Of a DNA stretch of 64,000 nucleotides, positions 44,970 through 54,029 are shown in pieces (positions within the stretch are counted from its first letter, which is position 1; each line of letters begins with the position of its first letter). The notes beneath the pieces are model-generated. The model did not search any database, was not told where the DNA came from, and saw nothing but the letters and a program-made list of their open reading frames with translations. A program made the translations under genes and the position numbers. This DNA is from Lentisphaerae bacterium RIFOXYA12_64_32 (GTDB taxonomy: Bacteria > Verrucomicrobiota > Lentisphaeria > Oligosphaerales > YB12-FULL-65-16): the NCBI GenBank assembly GCA_001803235.1, contig MHBL01000443.1, positions 4,533-68,532 of the forward strand. The letters run 5' to 3'.

Positions 44970-45947
44970 ATGAGTGCGGTCCGCAAGCGTGTGCTTTCCG
45001 GGATCCAGCCTTCGGGCGATCTGCATCTGGGCAACTACTTCGGCATGATGCGGCCGGCGATCGAGCTGCAGGAGCAGCACGACTGCTTCTACTTCATCGC
45101 TGACTACCACGCGTTGACGCAGCTTCCGGATCCGGCCGCGCTGCGCGAGCGCAGTCGCAACGTGGCGATCGATTTCCTGGCGTGCGGGCTGGACCCGGCC
45201 AAGACGGTGCTCTTCCGTCAGTCGGACGTGCCGCAGGTTTCGGAACTGATGTGGGTTCTGGCCTGCCTGACGCCGCTCGGGTTGCTCGAGCGCTGCCACA
45301 GTTACAAGGATAAGATAGCCAAGGGGCTGTCGCCCAATCACGGTCTGTTCAGCTACCCGGTGCTGATGGCGGCGGATATTCTCGTTTACGGATCGCATAT
45401 TGTCCCGGTCGGCCGGGATCAGAAGCAGCACGTCGAGGTGACGCGTGACTTGGCCATTCGGTTCAACAACCAGTACGGCGAGGTGCTGACCATTCCCGAC
45501 TGTCTGATTCGCGAGGAAGTGGCTGTGGTGCCGGGCGTGGACGGCGAGAAGATGTCGAAGAGTTACGGCAACACGATCGAGCTTTTCGGTGACCCCAAGG
45601 CGATTAAGGCCAAGATCATGCGGATCGTGACCGACTCGACGCCGATGGAGGCGCCCAAGGACCCGAGCAAGTGCAACGTGTTCGCGCTGTACCGACTCCT
45701 GGCCAGCGAACAGGAGACGGAGGCGTTGCGTCAGCGCTACCTCGCCGGCGGCATGGGCTACGGCCACGCCAAGCAGGCCCTGCACGAGAAGTACACCGAG
45801 TGCTTCAAGCCGTTTGCCGACCGGCGGCGCGAACTGGCGGACAATCCGGACCGGGTCGAAGGGATTCTGCAGGACGGTGCGGCCAGGGCCCGCGCCGAGG
45901 CGACGAAGACCATGGCTGCGGTGCGGCGCGCCATCGGTCTGGTCTGA
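44970..45947 (+). CDS. trpS: Tryptophan-tRNA ligase
   Basis: SGIQPSGDLHLGNY, YPVLMAADIL, VPVGRDQKQH and KMSKS. Confidence 0.97.
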   Translation: MSAVRKRVLSGIQPSGDLHLGNYFGMMRPAIELQEQHDCFYFIADYHALTQLPDPAALRERSRNVAIDFLACGLDPAKTVLFRQSDVPQVSELMWVLACLTPLGLLERCHSYKDKIAKGLSPNHGLFSYPVLMAADILVYGSHIVPVGRDQKQHVEVTRDLAIRFNNQYGEVLTIPDCLIREEVAVVPGVDGEKMSKSYGNTIELFGDPKAIKAKIMRIVTDSTPMEAPKDPSKCNVFALYRLLASEQETEALRQRYLAGGMGYGHAKQALHEKYTECFKPFADRRRELADNPDRVEGILQDGAARARAEATKTMAAVRRAIGLV

Positions 45948-46133
45948 AGGGTTCGGGAGCGCTCCGGGTTTGCCGGTGTGCGCCGGTCGCATTCGTGATG
46001 TGGCGTGCGACGGAACGCCATCCTCCGTCAACGGCTGGCCCCACGTTCTTCGCCAGGTGCCCATTCGGTATTCCTGAACCCTGATCGGCAACGGCCGCGG
46101 CGACCCAAACCCAAAACAATACGAGACTGCAAC

Positions 46134-47486
46134 ATGGGCAAGCTTTTCGGTACCGACGGGATCCGGGGCCAGGCCAACTGCTACCCGATTACGCCGGAAG
46201 TCGCTCTGCAGACGGGCAAGGCGATGGCGCACGTGTTCCAGGCCCGCGGGCATGGAACCAAGCGCGCCATCATCGGCAAGGATACGCGTCTGTCGGGCTA
46301 CATGCTCGAGAGCGCGCTGACCAGCGGTCTGGTGTCGCTGGGCATGGACGTGCTGCTGGTCGGGCCGGTGCCGACCCCGGCGGTGGCGCACCTGGCCAAG
46401 TCCATGGGCGCGGCCGTGGGCATCATGTTGACCGCCTCGCACAACCCCTACGACGACAATGGCATCAAGGTATTCAGTCACGACGGGTTCAAGCTCTCCG
46501 ACGAGATTGAGGCGCAGATCGAGGAACTGGTTCTCAGCGAGGAGATGAGCAGCGAGCACATTCGCAGTGAGGACCTGGGCAAGGCGTACCGTGTCGAGGA
46601 CGCCCGGGGCCGGTACATCGAGTTTGCCAAGAGTTCCATTGCCAACGAGAGCCTGGATGGCCTCAAGGTCGTGCTGGACTGCGCCAACGGCGCCGCCTAC
46701 CTCGTCGGGCCCTGGATTTTCAAGGAACTCGGAGCGGAGGTGACGAAGATCTTCGCGGAACCGGACGGTTTCAACATCAACAACGGTTGCGGCGCCCTGC
46801 ATCCGGAGACGGTCGGTGAGATGGTGCGGCAACGGAAGGCCGACGTCGGCATTGCGCTGGACGGCGACGCGGACCGTGTCATCTTCTGCGACGCCCAGGG
46901 CAACATGGTTGACGGCGACCGTATCCTGGCGATGTGCGCGCTGGAGTTCAAGACCCAAGGCAAGTTGGCGCAGGACACGCTGGTCGTGACCTCGATGAGC
47001 AACTTGGGTCTCCACGACGCCATGCGCAAGGCCGGTGTTCGTGTCGAGGTCACCGACGTGGGCGACCGTCAAGTCATTGAGCGCATGCGCGCCGACCGCT
47101 GCAATCTCGGCGGCGAGAAATCCGGGCACGTGATTTTCATGGATTACGCCACCACCGGGGACGGCATTCTCACCGCGTTGCAGGTGTTGCGCCTGATGAA
47201 ACAGCAGGGCGCGTCCCTGGCGGACTTGGCGAAATGCATGACGGAGTATCCCCAGGCGCTGGTCAGTCTGCGGGTTGTCGAGAAGCGCCCGCTGGAGGAT
47301 ATGACGATCGTGCAGAAGGTTCTCGAGCGGTGCCGGCAGGACCTGGGCAAGGACGGTCGCGTCCTGCTGCGCTACTCCGGGACCGAACCGAAGGTCCGAC
47401 TTCTGGTTGAAGCGCGGGAGACGGCGGCGGTGGAGCGATGGGTCGGCGAGATTTCCTCCGTCATCCACAAGGAGATCGGGGCATGA
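46134..47486 (+). CDS. glmM: Phosphoglucosamine mutase
   Basis: FGTDGIRG, GKDTRLSGYMLE, TASHNP, DGDADR, GGEKSGH and RYSGTEP. Confidence 0.95.
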   Translation: MGKLFGTDGIRGQANCYPITPEVALQTGKAMAHVFQARGHGTKRAIIGKDTRLSGYMLESALTSGLVSLGMDVLLVGPVPTPAVAHLAKSMGAAVGIMLTASHNPYDDNGIKVFSHDGFKLSDEIEAQIEELVLSEEMSSEHIRSEDLGKAYRVEDARGRYIEFAKSSIANESLDGLKVVLDCANGAAYLVGPWIFKELGAEVTKIFAEPDGFNINNGCGALHPETVGEMVRQRKADVGIALDGDADRVIFCDAQGNMVDGDRILAMCALEFKTQGKLAQDTLVVTSMSNLGLHDAMRKAGVRVEVTDVGDRQVIERMRADRCNLGGEKSGHVIFMDYATTGDGILTALQVLRLMKQQGASLADLAKCMTEYPQALVSLRVVEKRPLEDMTIVQKVLERCRQDLGKDGRVLLRYSGTEPKVRLLVEARETAAVERWVGEISSVIHKEIGA

Positions 47487-48394
47487 ACGCGGTGCTCGTC
47501 GACGTCGGCGCCCCGGCCACCTGCCATCCGCTGACCTGTACACGGAATCTGGCCGACTGCCCGGTTGCCAATCGACCGTTGGCCGAGGCGCAGCGGCAGC
47601 GTCTGCAGGCCGCGGGTTTCGGGAACGACGCGGCGACCGGGGCGCGACTGTTCCTGCGCGGCGACGCTTGGTTGTCCGTTGCCTTACTCCAGGCCCTGCG
47701 GAGTTCGCAGAGCCCAACAGCCGTGGTGACCGCCGACGGCCAGACCCTGGCGCACACCGGAACTGCACCCGACGTCAGTCCGACCGTGGCGATCCTGCCG
47801 GCGGACGCGGAGAGTTTCGCCATTCGTTTCCCGTGGGACCTGTTGCGCATCAACGAGATCCTGGTGGGGGCCCTGGCCGAGAGTCGGATCGAGGCACAGG
47901 TCAGCGCGAATGTCATTATCGACGGCATTCTGGTCGCCGGTGTCGGCACCCGGATTCTGCCGGGCGTGTACGTCGAGGGTAAGGTGATCGTTGGCCGGAA
48001 CTGCAAGATCGGCCCGAACTGCTACCTGCGCGGCAGCACGGCGATCGGTGACGACTGCCACATCGGCCAGGCGGTCGAGGTCAAGAACTCGATCATCATG
48101 TCGCGCAGCGCCCTGCCGCACCTGAGCTACTGCGGCGACTCGATCATTGGCGAGAGAGTGAACTTCGGCGCCGGCACCATTGCCGCCAACTTCCGTCACG
48201 ACGGCGGTCATCACTGGAGTCGCATCCGCGGCGAGGTGGTCGACACCGGGCGGCGCAAGTTCGGCACCGTTATGGGCGACCACGTTCACACCGGCATCAA
48301 CACCAGTATCTACCCCGGCCGCAAGTTGTGGCCGCACGTCAGCACCCTCCCGGGCGAGGTCGTTCAGGCAGACAAGGAGACGCCCCATGGCTGA
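47483..48394 (+). CDS. GlmU-like protein: degenerate N-terminal nucleotidyltransferase remnant plus left-handed beta-helix acetyltransferase
   Basis: PWDLLRINE, IGPNCYLRG, HIGQAVEVKNSII, HLSYCGDSIIG, NFGAGTIAANFRHD and DTGRRKFG (archaeal-type GlmU C-domain). No GxGTR motif. Confidence 0.75.
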   Translation: MNAVLVDVGAPATCHPLTCTRNLADCPVANRPLAEAQRQRLQAAGFGNDAATGARLFLRGDAWLSVALLQALRSSQSPTAVVTADGQTLAHTGTAPDVSPTVAILPADAESFAIRFPWDLLRINEILVGALAESRIEAQVSANVIIDGILVAGVGTRILPGVYVEGKVIVGRNCKIGPNCYLRGSTAIGDDCHIGQAVEVKNSIIMSRSALPHLSYCGDSIIGERVNFGAGTIAANFRHDGGHHWSRIRGEVVDTGRRKFGTVMGDHVHTGINTSIYPGRKLWPHVSTLPGEVVQADKETPHG

Positions 48395-49712
48395 GAAACT
48401 GGCAGTGCTCGGTGGTCCCAAGGCGGTCCAGACGCCTGCGGGGAACATCTTCGACTGGCCGATTGTCACCCAGGAAGCGGAAGACGCCGCCCTGGGCGTG
48501 TTGCGGCGCGGCGCCATGTCCGGGACGGACGTGACGAAGAAGTTCGAGGACGAGTACGCCGCCTGGCAGGGCACGAAATACGCGCTGGCCTTCAGCACCG
48601 GCACGGCGGCGCTGCAGGGCGCCATGTACGGTTGCGGTGTCCGAACCGGTGACGAGATCATCTGCCCGAGCGTCACTTACTGGGCGTCGGCGATGCCGGT
48701 GTTCTCGCTCGGCGGCACGGTGGTGTTCGCCGAGGTCGATCCGGACACGCTCTGCATTGACCCGAAGGACCTCGAACGGCGCATCACGAAGCGGACCAAG
48801 GCGATCGTGGTGGTGCACTACTGCGGGTATCCGGCGCCGATGGCTGAGATCATGGAGATCGCGAACCGGCGCAAGATCAAGGTGATCGAGGACGTGTCGC
48901 ACGCGCACGGCGGCGTCAGCGGCGGTCGCAAGCTGGGTTCGATCGGGCACGTCTCGGGCATGTCCCTGATGAGCGGCAAGTCGCTGGCGATCGGCGAGGG
49001 CGGCATGCTGTGCACGGATGATCGCGAGACGTACGAGTACGCCCTGTCGCTTGGCCACTACGAGCGGTTCGGCGCCGATATCCAGACCGAAGAACTGAAG
49101 CAGTTCCTGGGGCTGCCCATCGGCGGCTACAAGTACCGCATGCACCAGTGCAGTTCGGCGGTGGGTCGGGTGCAGTTGAAGGACTACGACGCGCGCAATG
49201 CGGAAATTCTCAAAGCCATGAACTACTTTTGGGATCTGCTTGATGGCGCGCCCGGGATCCGGGCGCACCGGCCGCCGCGCGGGTCCGGGGCTGAGATGGG
49301 CGGCTGGTACGCCGCGCACGGGCTGTACCGCGCGGAGGAACTGGGCGGGTTGTCGATCACGCGGTTCTGCCAGGCGGTGGCCGCGGAAGGATGTTCCACC
49401 GGTCCCGGGTGCAATATCCCGCTGCACCTGCACCCGGTGTTCAACACCTGCGACATCTACGGTGCCGGCAAGCCGACGCGGATCGCGCACAGCCGCCGTG
49501 ACCTGCGCCAGCCCCCGGGCAGCCTGCCGGTGAGTGAAAAGATTCCGGCCATGACCTACAGCGTGCCGTGGTTCAAATTCTGCCGCCAGAACATCATCGA
49601 GGAGCACGCCAATGCCTTCCGCAAGGTCGCCGAGAACTACAAACTCCTGCTCGACAGCGACCCGGGCAACCCGCCCACGCTGGGCGGCTGGCACTTCTTC
49701 TCGCACCGGTAG
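48387..49712 (+). CDS. DegT/DnrJ/EryC1/StrS PLP-dependent aminotransferase
   Basis: STGTAAL, TKAIVVVHYCG, IEDVSHAHG, SLMSGKSLAIGEGG and GYKYRM. Confidence 0.9.
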   Translation: MAEKLAVLGGPKAVQTPAGNIFDWPIVTQEAEDAALGVLRRGAMSGTDVTKKFEDEYAAWQGTKYALAFSTGTAALQGAMYGCGVRTGDEIICPSVTYWASAMPVFSLGGTVVFAEVDPDTLCIDPKDLERRITKRTKAIVVVHYCGYPAPMAEIMEIANRRKIKVIEDVSHAHGGVSGGRKLGSIGHVSGMSLMSGKSLAIGEGGMLCTDDRETYEYALSLGHYERFGADIQTEELKQFLGLPIGGYKYRMHQCSSAVGRVQLKDYDARNAEILKAMNYFWDLLDGAPGIRAHRPPRGSGAEMGGWYAAHGLYRAEELGGLSITRFCQAVAAEGCSTGPGCNIPLHLHPVFNTCDIYGAGKPTRIAHSRRDLRQPPGSLPVSEKIPAMTYSVPWFKFCRQNIIEEHANAFRKVAENYKLLLDSDPGNPPTLGGWHFFSHR

Positions 49713-49748
49713 CTGGCGTCGTGCGGGCGCGCGACAAGGCTCTGCTTC

Positions 49749-51344
49749 ATGTGGCGAATACGGCTCAACCCGATCACCCGGAAACGGCTGAAGCGCTTCA
49801 AGGAACTGAAGCGCGCCTATTGGTCGTTCTGGTTCCTGGTGGCGCTGTACGCGGTGAGCCTGGCCGCCGAACTGCTGTGCAACAGTGTGCCGCTGTATGT
49901 GCACTGCAACGGCAAGTCGTATTTCCCGGTCTTCCACTTCTATCCGGATGACGCTTTCACCGGCAGCGGCAAGTTCTCGAGGCCGGACTACAAGGCGGTC
50001 CGGGCCAGCGAGGCGTTCCGCAGGACCCGCGGCAACTGGATGCTTTTTCCGCCGGTGCCCTACGGCCCTTACGAAGTCGTCGAACCGGCGGAACTCCAGA
50101 TCGCGAACGAAGTGAACGTGCGTTTCACCGTGGCGTCGCCGGTCGGGAGCCTGACGCTGACGGGCGACCTGACGATTGCGCAGTCGGTGGCGGCTGGCGG
50201 GTTCTTCGGCGTGGCCGAATCGGACCTGCGCAACCGCAAGCTCTCGGAGCTGTGCTCGGTGCCACAGGCACTGCCGGCGGCCGTCGCCGAGCGCCTGGGC
50301 AACCGCGCTGCGGCGCGCGCGACGTTCGCAGGTCGCACCGCGGACCGCAGCGAGATCGAGTTCTCCCTGATCGAGTTTCAGCCACGGGCGACGGCGTCGA
50401 ATACGGTGAAGATTACCCTGCGTCGTCCCGGGGGCGCGGCGGCCGAACGCAGCGCCCTGGCCGTGCTCGACAGTGAACTGCGGGTGGTCCGAACCGAGGG
50501 CGACGTTTGGGGTGCACTCCCGGACGCCGACCAGGCCGCGCTGCGTGACCGGGCGCGGTTGCGGTTTGACGCCCCGGTGCAGGGAATGACGGTGACGGTC
50601 GGGGCCGCGACCTATAACGTGGTGTTTGAGAAGGAAGACGTCCGGTTCCCGTTCCGGCCGGCGAGGGGACACTGGATGGGCATCGACAGCGCCGGTCGCG
50701 ACGTGCTGGCCCGCGTGCTCTACGGACTGCGCACCTCAATGACCTTCGGGCTGGTGCTGGTGGTCTTCTCGCTGGTCATCGGCACGCTGTGCGGCGCGGC
50801 GCAGGGATACTTGGGCGGGTGGGTCGACATTACCGGCCAGCGTCTGATCGAGGTCTGGAGCGCGTTGCCCTTTCTCTACGTCATGATCCTGATCGGGTCG
50901 GTGTACGGGCGGAACCTGATCCTGCTGATCGTCTGCTACGGACTGTTCAACTGGATCGGTATCTCGTACTACATGCGGGGGGAATTCCTGCGGCTGCGCA
51001 AGCAGCCGTTCGTCGAGGCGGCCAAGTGCCTCGGCCTGCCGGCCTGGGCGATCGTGCTGCGCCACATTCTGCCCAATGCGCTGGTGCCGCTGATCACGTT
51101 CTTCCCATTCTCGTTGGTGGGCGCCATCGGGTCGCTGGCGGCCCTGGACTACCTCGGGTTCGGCCTGCCGCCCCCCACGCCGAGCTGGGGCGAACTGCTG
51201 CAGGAAGCGCAGCAATTCCGCTGGGCCTGGTGGCTGATCCTGTACCCGTCGCTGAGCCTGTTCGTGGTCATGCTGCTTGGCGTGTTCGTGGGCGAAGGCG
51301 TGCGCAACGCGTTCGACCCGCGCCGGTTCAGCCGCCTGGAATAG
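49749..51344 (+). CDS. ABC transporter permease (YejE/OppC-like) with a large internal insertion
   Basis: KRLKRFKELKRAYWSF, GIDSAGRDVLARVLYGLRTS, EAAKCLG (EAA loop), RHILPNAL and LDYLGFGLPPPTPSWGELL. Confidence 0.88.
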   Translation: MWRIRLNPITRKRLKRFKELKRAYWSFWFLVALYAVSLAAELLCNSVPLYVHCNGKSYFPVFHFYPDDAFTGSGKFSRPDYKAVRASEAFRRTRGNWMLFPPVPYGPYEVVEPAELQIANEVNVRFTVASPVGSLTLTGDLTIAQSVAAGGFFGVAESDLRNRKLSELCSVPQALPAAVAERLGNRAAARATFAGRTADRSEIEFSLIEFQPRATASNTVKITLRRPGGAAAERSALAVLDSELRVVRTEGDVWGALPDADQAALRDRARLRFDAPVQGMTVTVGAATYNVVFEKEDVRFPFRPARGHWMGIDSAGRDVLARVLYGLRTSMTFGLVLVVFSLVIGTLCGAAQGYLGGWVDITGQRLIEVWSALPFLYVMILIGSVYGRNLILLIVCYGLFNWIGISYYMRGEFLRLRKQPFVEAAKCLGLPAWAIVLRHILPNALVPLITFFPFSLVGAIGSLAALDYLGFGLPPPTPSWGELLQEAQQFRWAWWLILYPSLSLFVVMLLGVFVGEGVRNAFDPRRFSRLE

Positions 51345-51474
51345 GGTAGGACGGGATGAGGGAATGTGTGGGTGTGTGTGGCGGGGGGAGTGGGGATGTC
51401 TTCCCCTTCGACACCCGACCCTCGCCCCAAGAATCGCGGCGTCAGGAAAGGCAGGAGACAAGGAGAATAACCGC

Positions 51475-52323
51475 ATGCGCACCACGGGGTGGTTGGCAGT
51501 CGTTTGTGCTCTGGCAACGGTAACAGGCGCGGGAGCGCTCGGGCAAGAGAGGATAGCCATGCAACTCAAGACGGTCGACGAACTCAAGGCGTTGAGCGCG
51601 GCCGCCGACCGCCAGGCAAAGACGGACGGCCAGGCCGTTCACATCTGGGGCGACATGAACATCCCGCCGCCGGTCGTGCCCAAGGGCAGGGTGCTGTACG
51701 AGGACGCGTTTGCGAGCCTCGACAACTGGCACCACGAAGGCATCGGCCAACTCGCCACGCCCGAACCGGGGATCTTCGAACTTGCCTGCGTGGGCTCGAA
51801 GCAGGGAGCAGAAGGCTGTATGGCATTCTGCAGGAACGACTTCCCAGACAACATCTGCATCGAGTATGACCTGCGCGCCCTCACCAACAAGGGGCTTGTC
51901 ATCACATTCATTGCCGCGCAGGGCCGGCACGGCGAGGACATCATCACGGGGTTGCCGAAGCGACAGGGTGTGTTTGCCGACTACATCTTCAACCCGAACC
52001 TGCGCTGCTACCACCTCAGCGTCAGTCGCTACGACGACAAGGGTGAGCACACGGGCGTGAGCAACTGGCGTCGCAACCCGGGCATTTTCCTCATGGCACA
52101 GCAACCGGACCTGTGCAAGGTCCACGACACCTGGTACCACATCGTGATCGTCAAGCAGGGCAAGCTGCTGCAGTTGTCGGTCAACGGCGAACCGGCCGGC
52201 GGCTTTGTCGACCGCGACGACATTCCCGAACCCATCCCCGCTGCCGGCAAGATCGGCTTCCGCACCATCGGCGCCGACGTGCGCGTCCAGTTCCGCGCCT
52301 TCAAGGTTACGGCGCTGGAGTGA
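51475..52323 (+). CDS. Secreted YesU/DUF1961-like concanavalin-fold protein
   Basis: LYEDAF..WHHEG, FPDNICIEYD, CYHLSVSR, NWRRNPG and GKIGFR. Confidence 0.65.
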   Translation: MRTTGWLAVVCALATVTGAGALGQERIAMQLKTVDELKALSAAADRQAKTDGQAVHIWGDMNIPPPVVPKGRVLYEDAFASLDNWHHEGIGQLATPEPGIFELACVGSKQGAEGCMAFCRNDFPDNICIEYDLRALTNKGLVITFIAAQGRHGEDIITGLPKRQGVFADYIFNPNLRCYHLSVSRYDDKGEHTGVSNWRRNPGIFLMAQQPDLCKVHDTWYHIVIVKQGKLLQLSVNGEPAGGFVDRDDIPEPIPAAGKIGFRTIGADVRVQFRAFKVTALE

Positions 52324-52369
52324 GACCGGGGGGGGCAACGGAGCACACGGACCTCCTCATCACACGCGG

Positions 52370-52406
52370 TTGCCTCAGTGTGTATTCGTGTGTATATTTG
52401 TGTTGA
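52370..52406 (+). promoter_or_regulatory. hicAB promoter with overlapping GTGTGTAT direct repeats (candidate operator)
   Basis: TTGCCT-17 bp-TATATT. GTGTGTAT occurs twice at a 10-bp spacing. Confidence 0.55.
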
Positions 52407-52421
52407 GACGAAAGGGCGGGC

Positions 52422-52607
52422 ATGGACAGTTGCGAGGTCATTCGCAGGATCAAGGAGGAAGGTTGGTTCCAGATCAGCCAGAAGGGCAGTCACGTACAGT
52501 TCAGACACCCGAGCAAACAGGGCCGTGTCACCATTCCTCATCCGCGTCGCGACATCAAGCCGGGAACGTTGAAGAGCATCAGCAAGCAGGCAGGACTCGA
52601 GCTATGA
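52422..52607 (+). CDS. hicA: HicA toxin
   Basis: EEGWFQISQKGSHVQFRHP...GRVTIPHPRRDIKPGTLKSISKQAG. Confidence 0.93.
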   Translation: MDSCEVIRRIKEEGWFQISQKGSHVQFRHPSKQGRVTIPHPRRDIKPGTLKSISKQAGLEL

Positions 52608-53017
52608 AGACGACCCCCGTGAGCACCTACCCTGGCATCGTTCATGGCAGCGCCAGAAAGGGCTACAGCATCTGCTTCCCCGATTTCCCGGGTTGCGTGT
52701 CTGCCGCCGACAGCCTTGACGCCCTGCGCGACATGGCCAGGGAAGCCCTCGCTCTGCACATCGAAGGCATGCGGGAGGACGGTGCCGATATTCCCAAACC
52801 CACGACCCTTGAGGCGGCACGCCGGCACGAGTTCGCAGGTGGGGCCGACCTCTTCCTGGCCGTCGACGTGCCTGTCCCTGCCAGTCACGTCATTCGCCTC
52901 AACGTCACCATGCCCGAAGCCATCCTGCGTAAGGTCGACACCTACGCGCGCAAGACCGGCCTGGCGCGCAGCACCATCCTCAGCCGTGCTGCTGAACGCT
53001 ACGTGACCGCCTCGTGA
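52604..53017 (+). CDS. hicB: HicB antitoxin
   Basis: YSICFPDFPGCVSAAD...EALALHIEGM and C-terminal RHH RLNVTMPE..LRKVD. Confidence 0.93.
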   Translation: MKTTPVSTYPGIVHGSARKGYSICFPDFPGCVSAADSLDALRDMAREALALHIEGMREDGADIPKPTTLEAARRHEFAGGADLFLAVDVPVPASHVIRLNVTMPEAILRKVDTYARKTGLARSTILSRAAERYVTAS

Positions 53018-53040
53018 ACCTCCCATGGGGCACGCCCTGG

Positions 53041-53457
53041 TCAGGGCCGGACGCTCCGGATTCGGTCGCCCAGTTTCACGACCCATGGCGTCGTTGTGCG
53101 TTCGGCCGTCACCAGCGGCGCATCTTGCGTCAGGCTCAGCGCCAGGTAGACCGCGTCATAGGCCGTTGCCTGGTACTCGAAGGCGAAGCCCAGCACCTGC
53201 CCGCGTTCGGGTTCCTGGGACACCAGGGGCGCATCCAGATGCACCTCCCAGATCTCCGTCGCCAGCGCCGCGTCGAGTTCGCCCCGGCGCACGTAGGTGC
53301 GCAGCACATTGGCGAACTCCCAGTAGTGCAGGGACGGCACCAGCAGCGTAATGCTTCCCTCCAAGGCACGCCGCTGCCACTCCCGCGCTGCCGGCGTGAA
53401 CACCTCCGGCAGGTACCAGGCGACCGCCACACTGGTGTCGATGACGAATCGGGTCAT
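53041..53457 (-). CDS. vapC: VapC PIN-domain toxin
   Basis: FVIDTSVAVAWYLPE, EFANVL, AYDAVYLAL and LVTAE. Confidence 0.9.
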   Translation of the reverse strand: MTRFVIDTSVAVAWYLPEVFTPAAREWQRRALEGSITLLVPSLHYWEFANVLRTYVRRGELDAALATEIWEVHLDAPLVSQEPERGQVLGFAFEYQATAYDAVYLALSLTQDAPLVTAERTTTPWVVKLGDRIRSVRP

Positions 53458-53693
53458 TGCCGGTTCCGATCCTCTCGCAGAAGCTCGGCGGGCGAAGTTC
53501 GCAGGCGCAACCCGCCGAGCCGCGCGTCCAGGCGCCGCAGCCGCTCCGAGTAGGTCTGCAACCGCCGCTCCTGTGCACGCACTTGCACAAACGTGCGTAA
53601 CGCCTCGTCGACGAGCGCCTTGCGGGTGCGCGCCTGGGTGTACTGCATGGCCTCGCGAACCAGATCGGGATTGAGTACAATGTTGGTTCTCAT
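53454..53693 (-). CDS. vapB: VapB antitoxin
   Basis: MRTNIVLNPDLVREAM..TRKALVDEALR...LREDR. ATGA overlap with vapC. Upstream TACAC-N3-GTGTA palindrome. Confidence 0.85.
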   Translation of the reverse strand: MRTNIVLNPDLVREAMQYTQARTRKALVDEALRTFVQVRAQERRLQTYSERLRRLDARLGGLRLRTSPAELLREDRNRQ

Positions 53694-54029
53694 ACACCCT
53701 AATATACACCTAGTGTAGAAGACTGTACAACCGACCGCCACGTAATGCGTCAGTCGCGGGTGGGAATGAGGCCGGTTCGGCGTGTTCTGCGCCTGCGGGC
53801 AAGAGACTGCCCGCACCGCGGTCCGAGCCGTCCGGAGTCCGCGGCCCGGCCAGGCCCCTGGCCGGCGGCTCACCCCACCCGCAACTGGCGCATCGCCCCG
53901 AGCGGGCGTTCGGCACTTCCCATCCTGCCGTCGCGGCATTACAGTCTTACCTGACACAGCCGGACCGGGCCGGCGTTTTCGTCGGCCGCGGTGCCATCGA
54001 TGCAGGCATCCGTCACCGGAGAACCCGTC

